Shown here: positions 63,956 through 64,000 of the stretch, one piece after another
Position numbering within the stretch: the first letter of the stretch is position 1
Layout: each line of letters starts with the position of its first letter
Assembly: GCF_006345805.1 (NCBI RefSeq)
Contig: NC_043013.1
Coordinates: 46,624,001 to 46,688,000 of the forward strand
Direction of reading: 5' to 3'
Source of the DNA: Octopus sinensis
Taxonomy: Eukaryota
Length of the DNA: 64,000 nt
Program-made: the position numbers and the translations under genes
The notes under the pieces: generated by a model
Databases searched by the model: none
The model's input: only the letters and a program-made list of their open reading frames with translations
What the model was told of the DNA's origin: nothing

Positions 63956-64000
63956 GTGATGTCGATGTAATCGATACACCGTCTCCCCACGAACTTGTTG

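Overview
AT-rich, microsatellite-saturated animal genomic DNA. The SINE repertoire and repeat landscape resemble a coleoid cephalopod, probably Octopus; this is an inference from family resemblance, not a database result. I found no host protein-coding exon I can defend, and nearly all long ORFs in the track are translated microsatellites or SINE arrays. The window is a nest of transposable-element remnants: three tRNA-derived SINE groups (Nin/Deu-like, CORE-like with an internal microsatellite, and Meta-like with exchangeable tails); LINE remnants of the RTE, CR1, L1/Tx1 and R4/Dong clades; two Penelope-like elements (PLEs); three mariner copies; a non-autonomous Helitron; and several MITEs (Tigger-like, MULE-like, hAT-like, GG-terminal). 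There is one 100-N gap. The most interesting observations are: (1) head-to-tail SINE concatemers at several loci that share one self-complementary junction, several enclosed by a single target-site duplication (TSD); (2) small hammerhead-ribozyme-like motifs, with canonical and variant cores, in PLE termini and in short TA-flanked elements; (3) a 124-bp near-perfect palindrome; (4) three apparent SINE-LINE 3'-tail partnerships, one with an L1/Tx1 element. Coordinates were read by eye, and the ends of degenerate elements are approximate.
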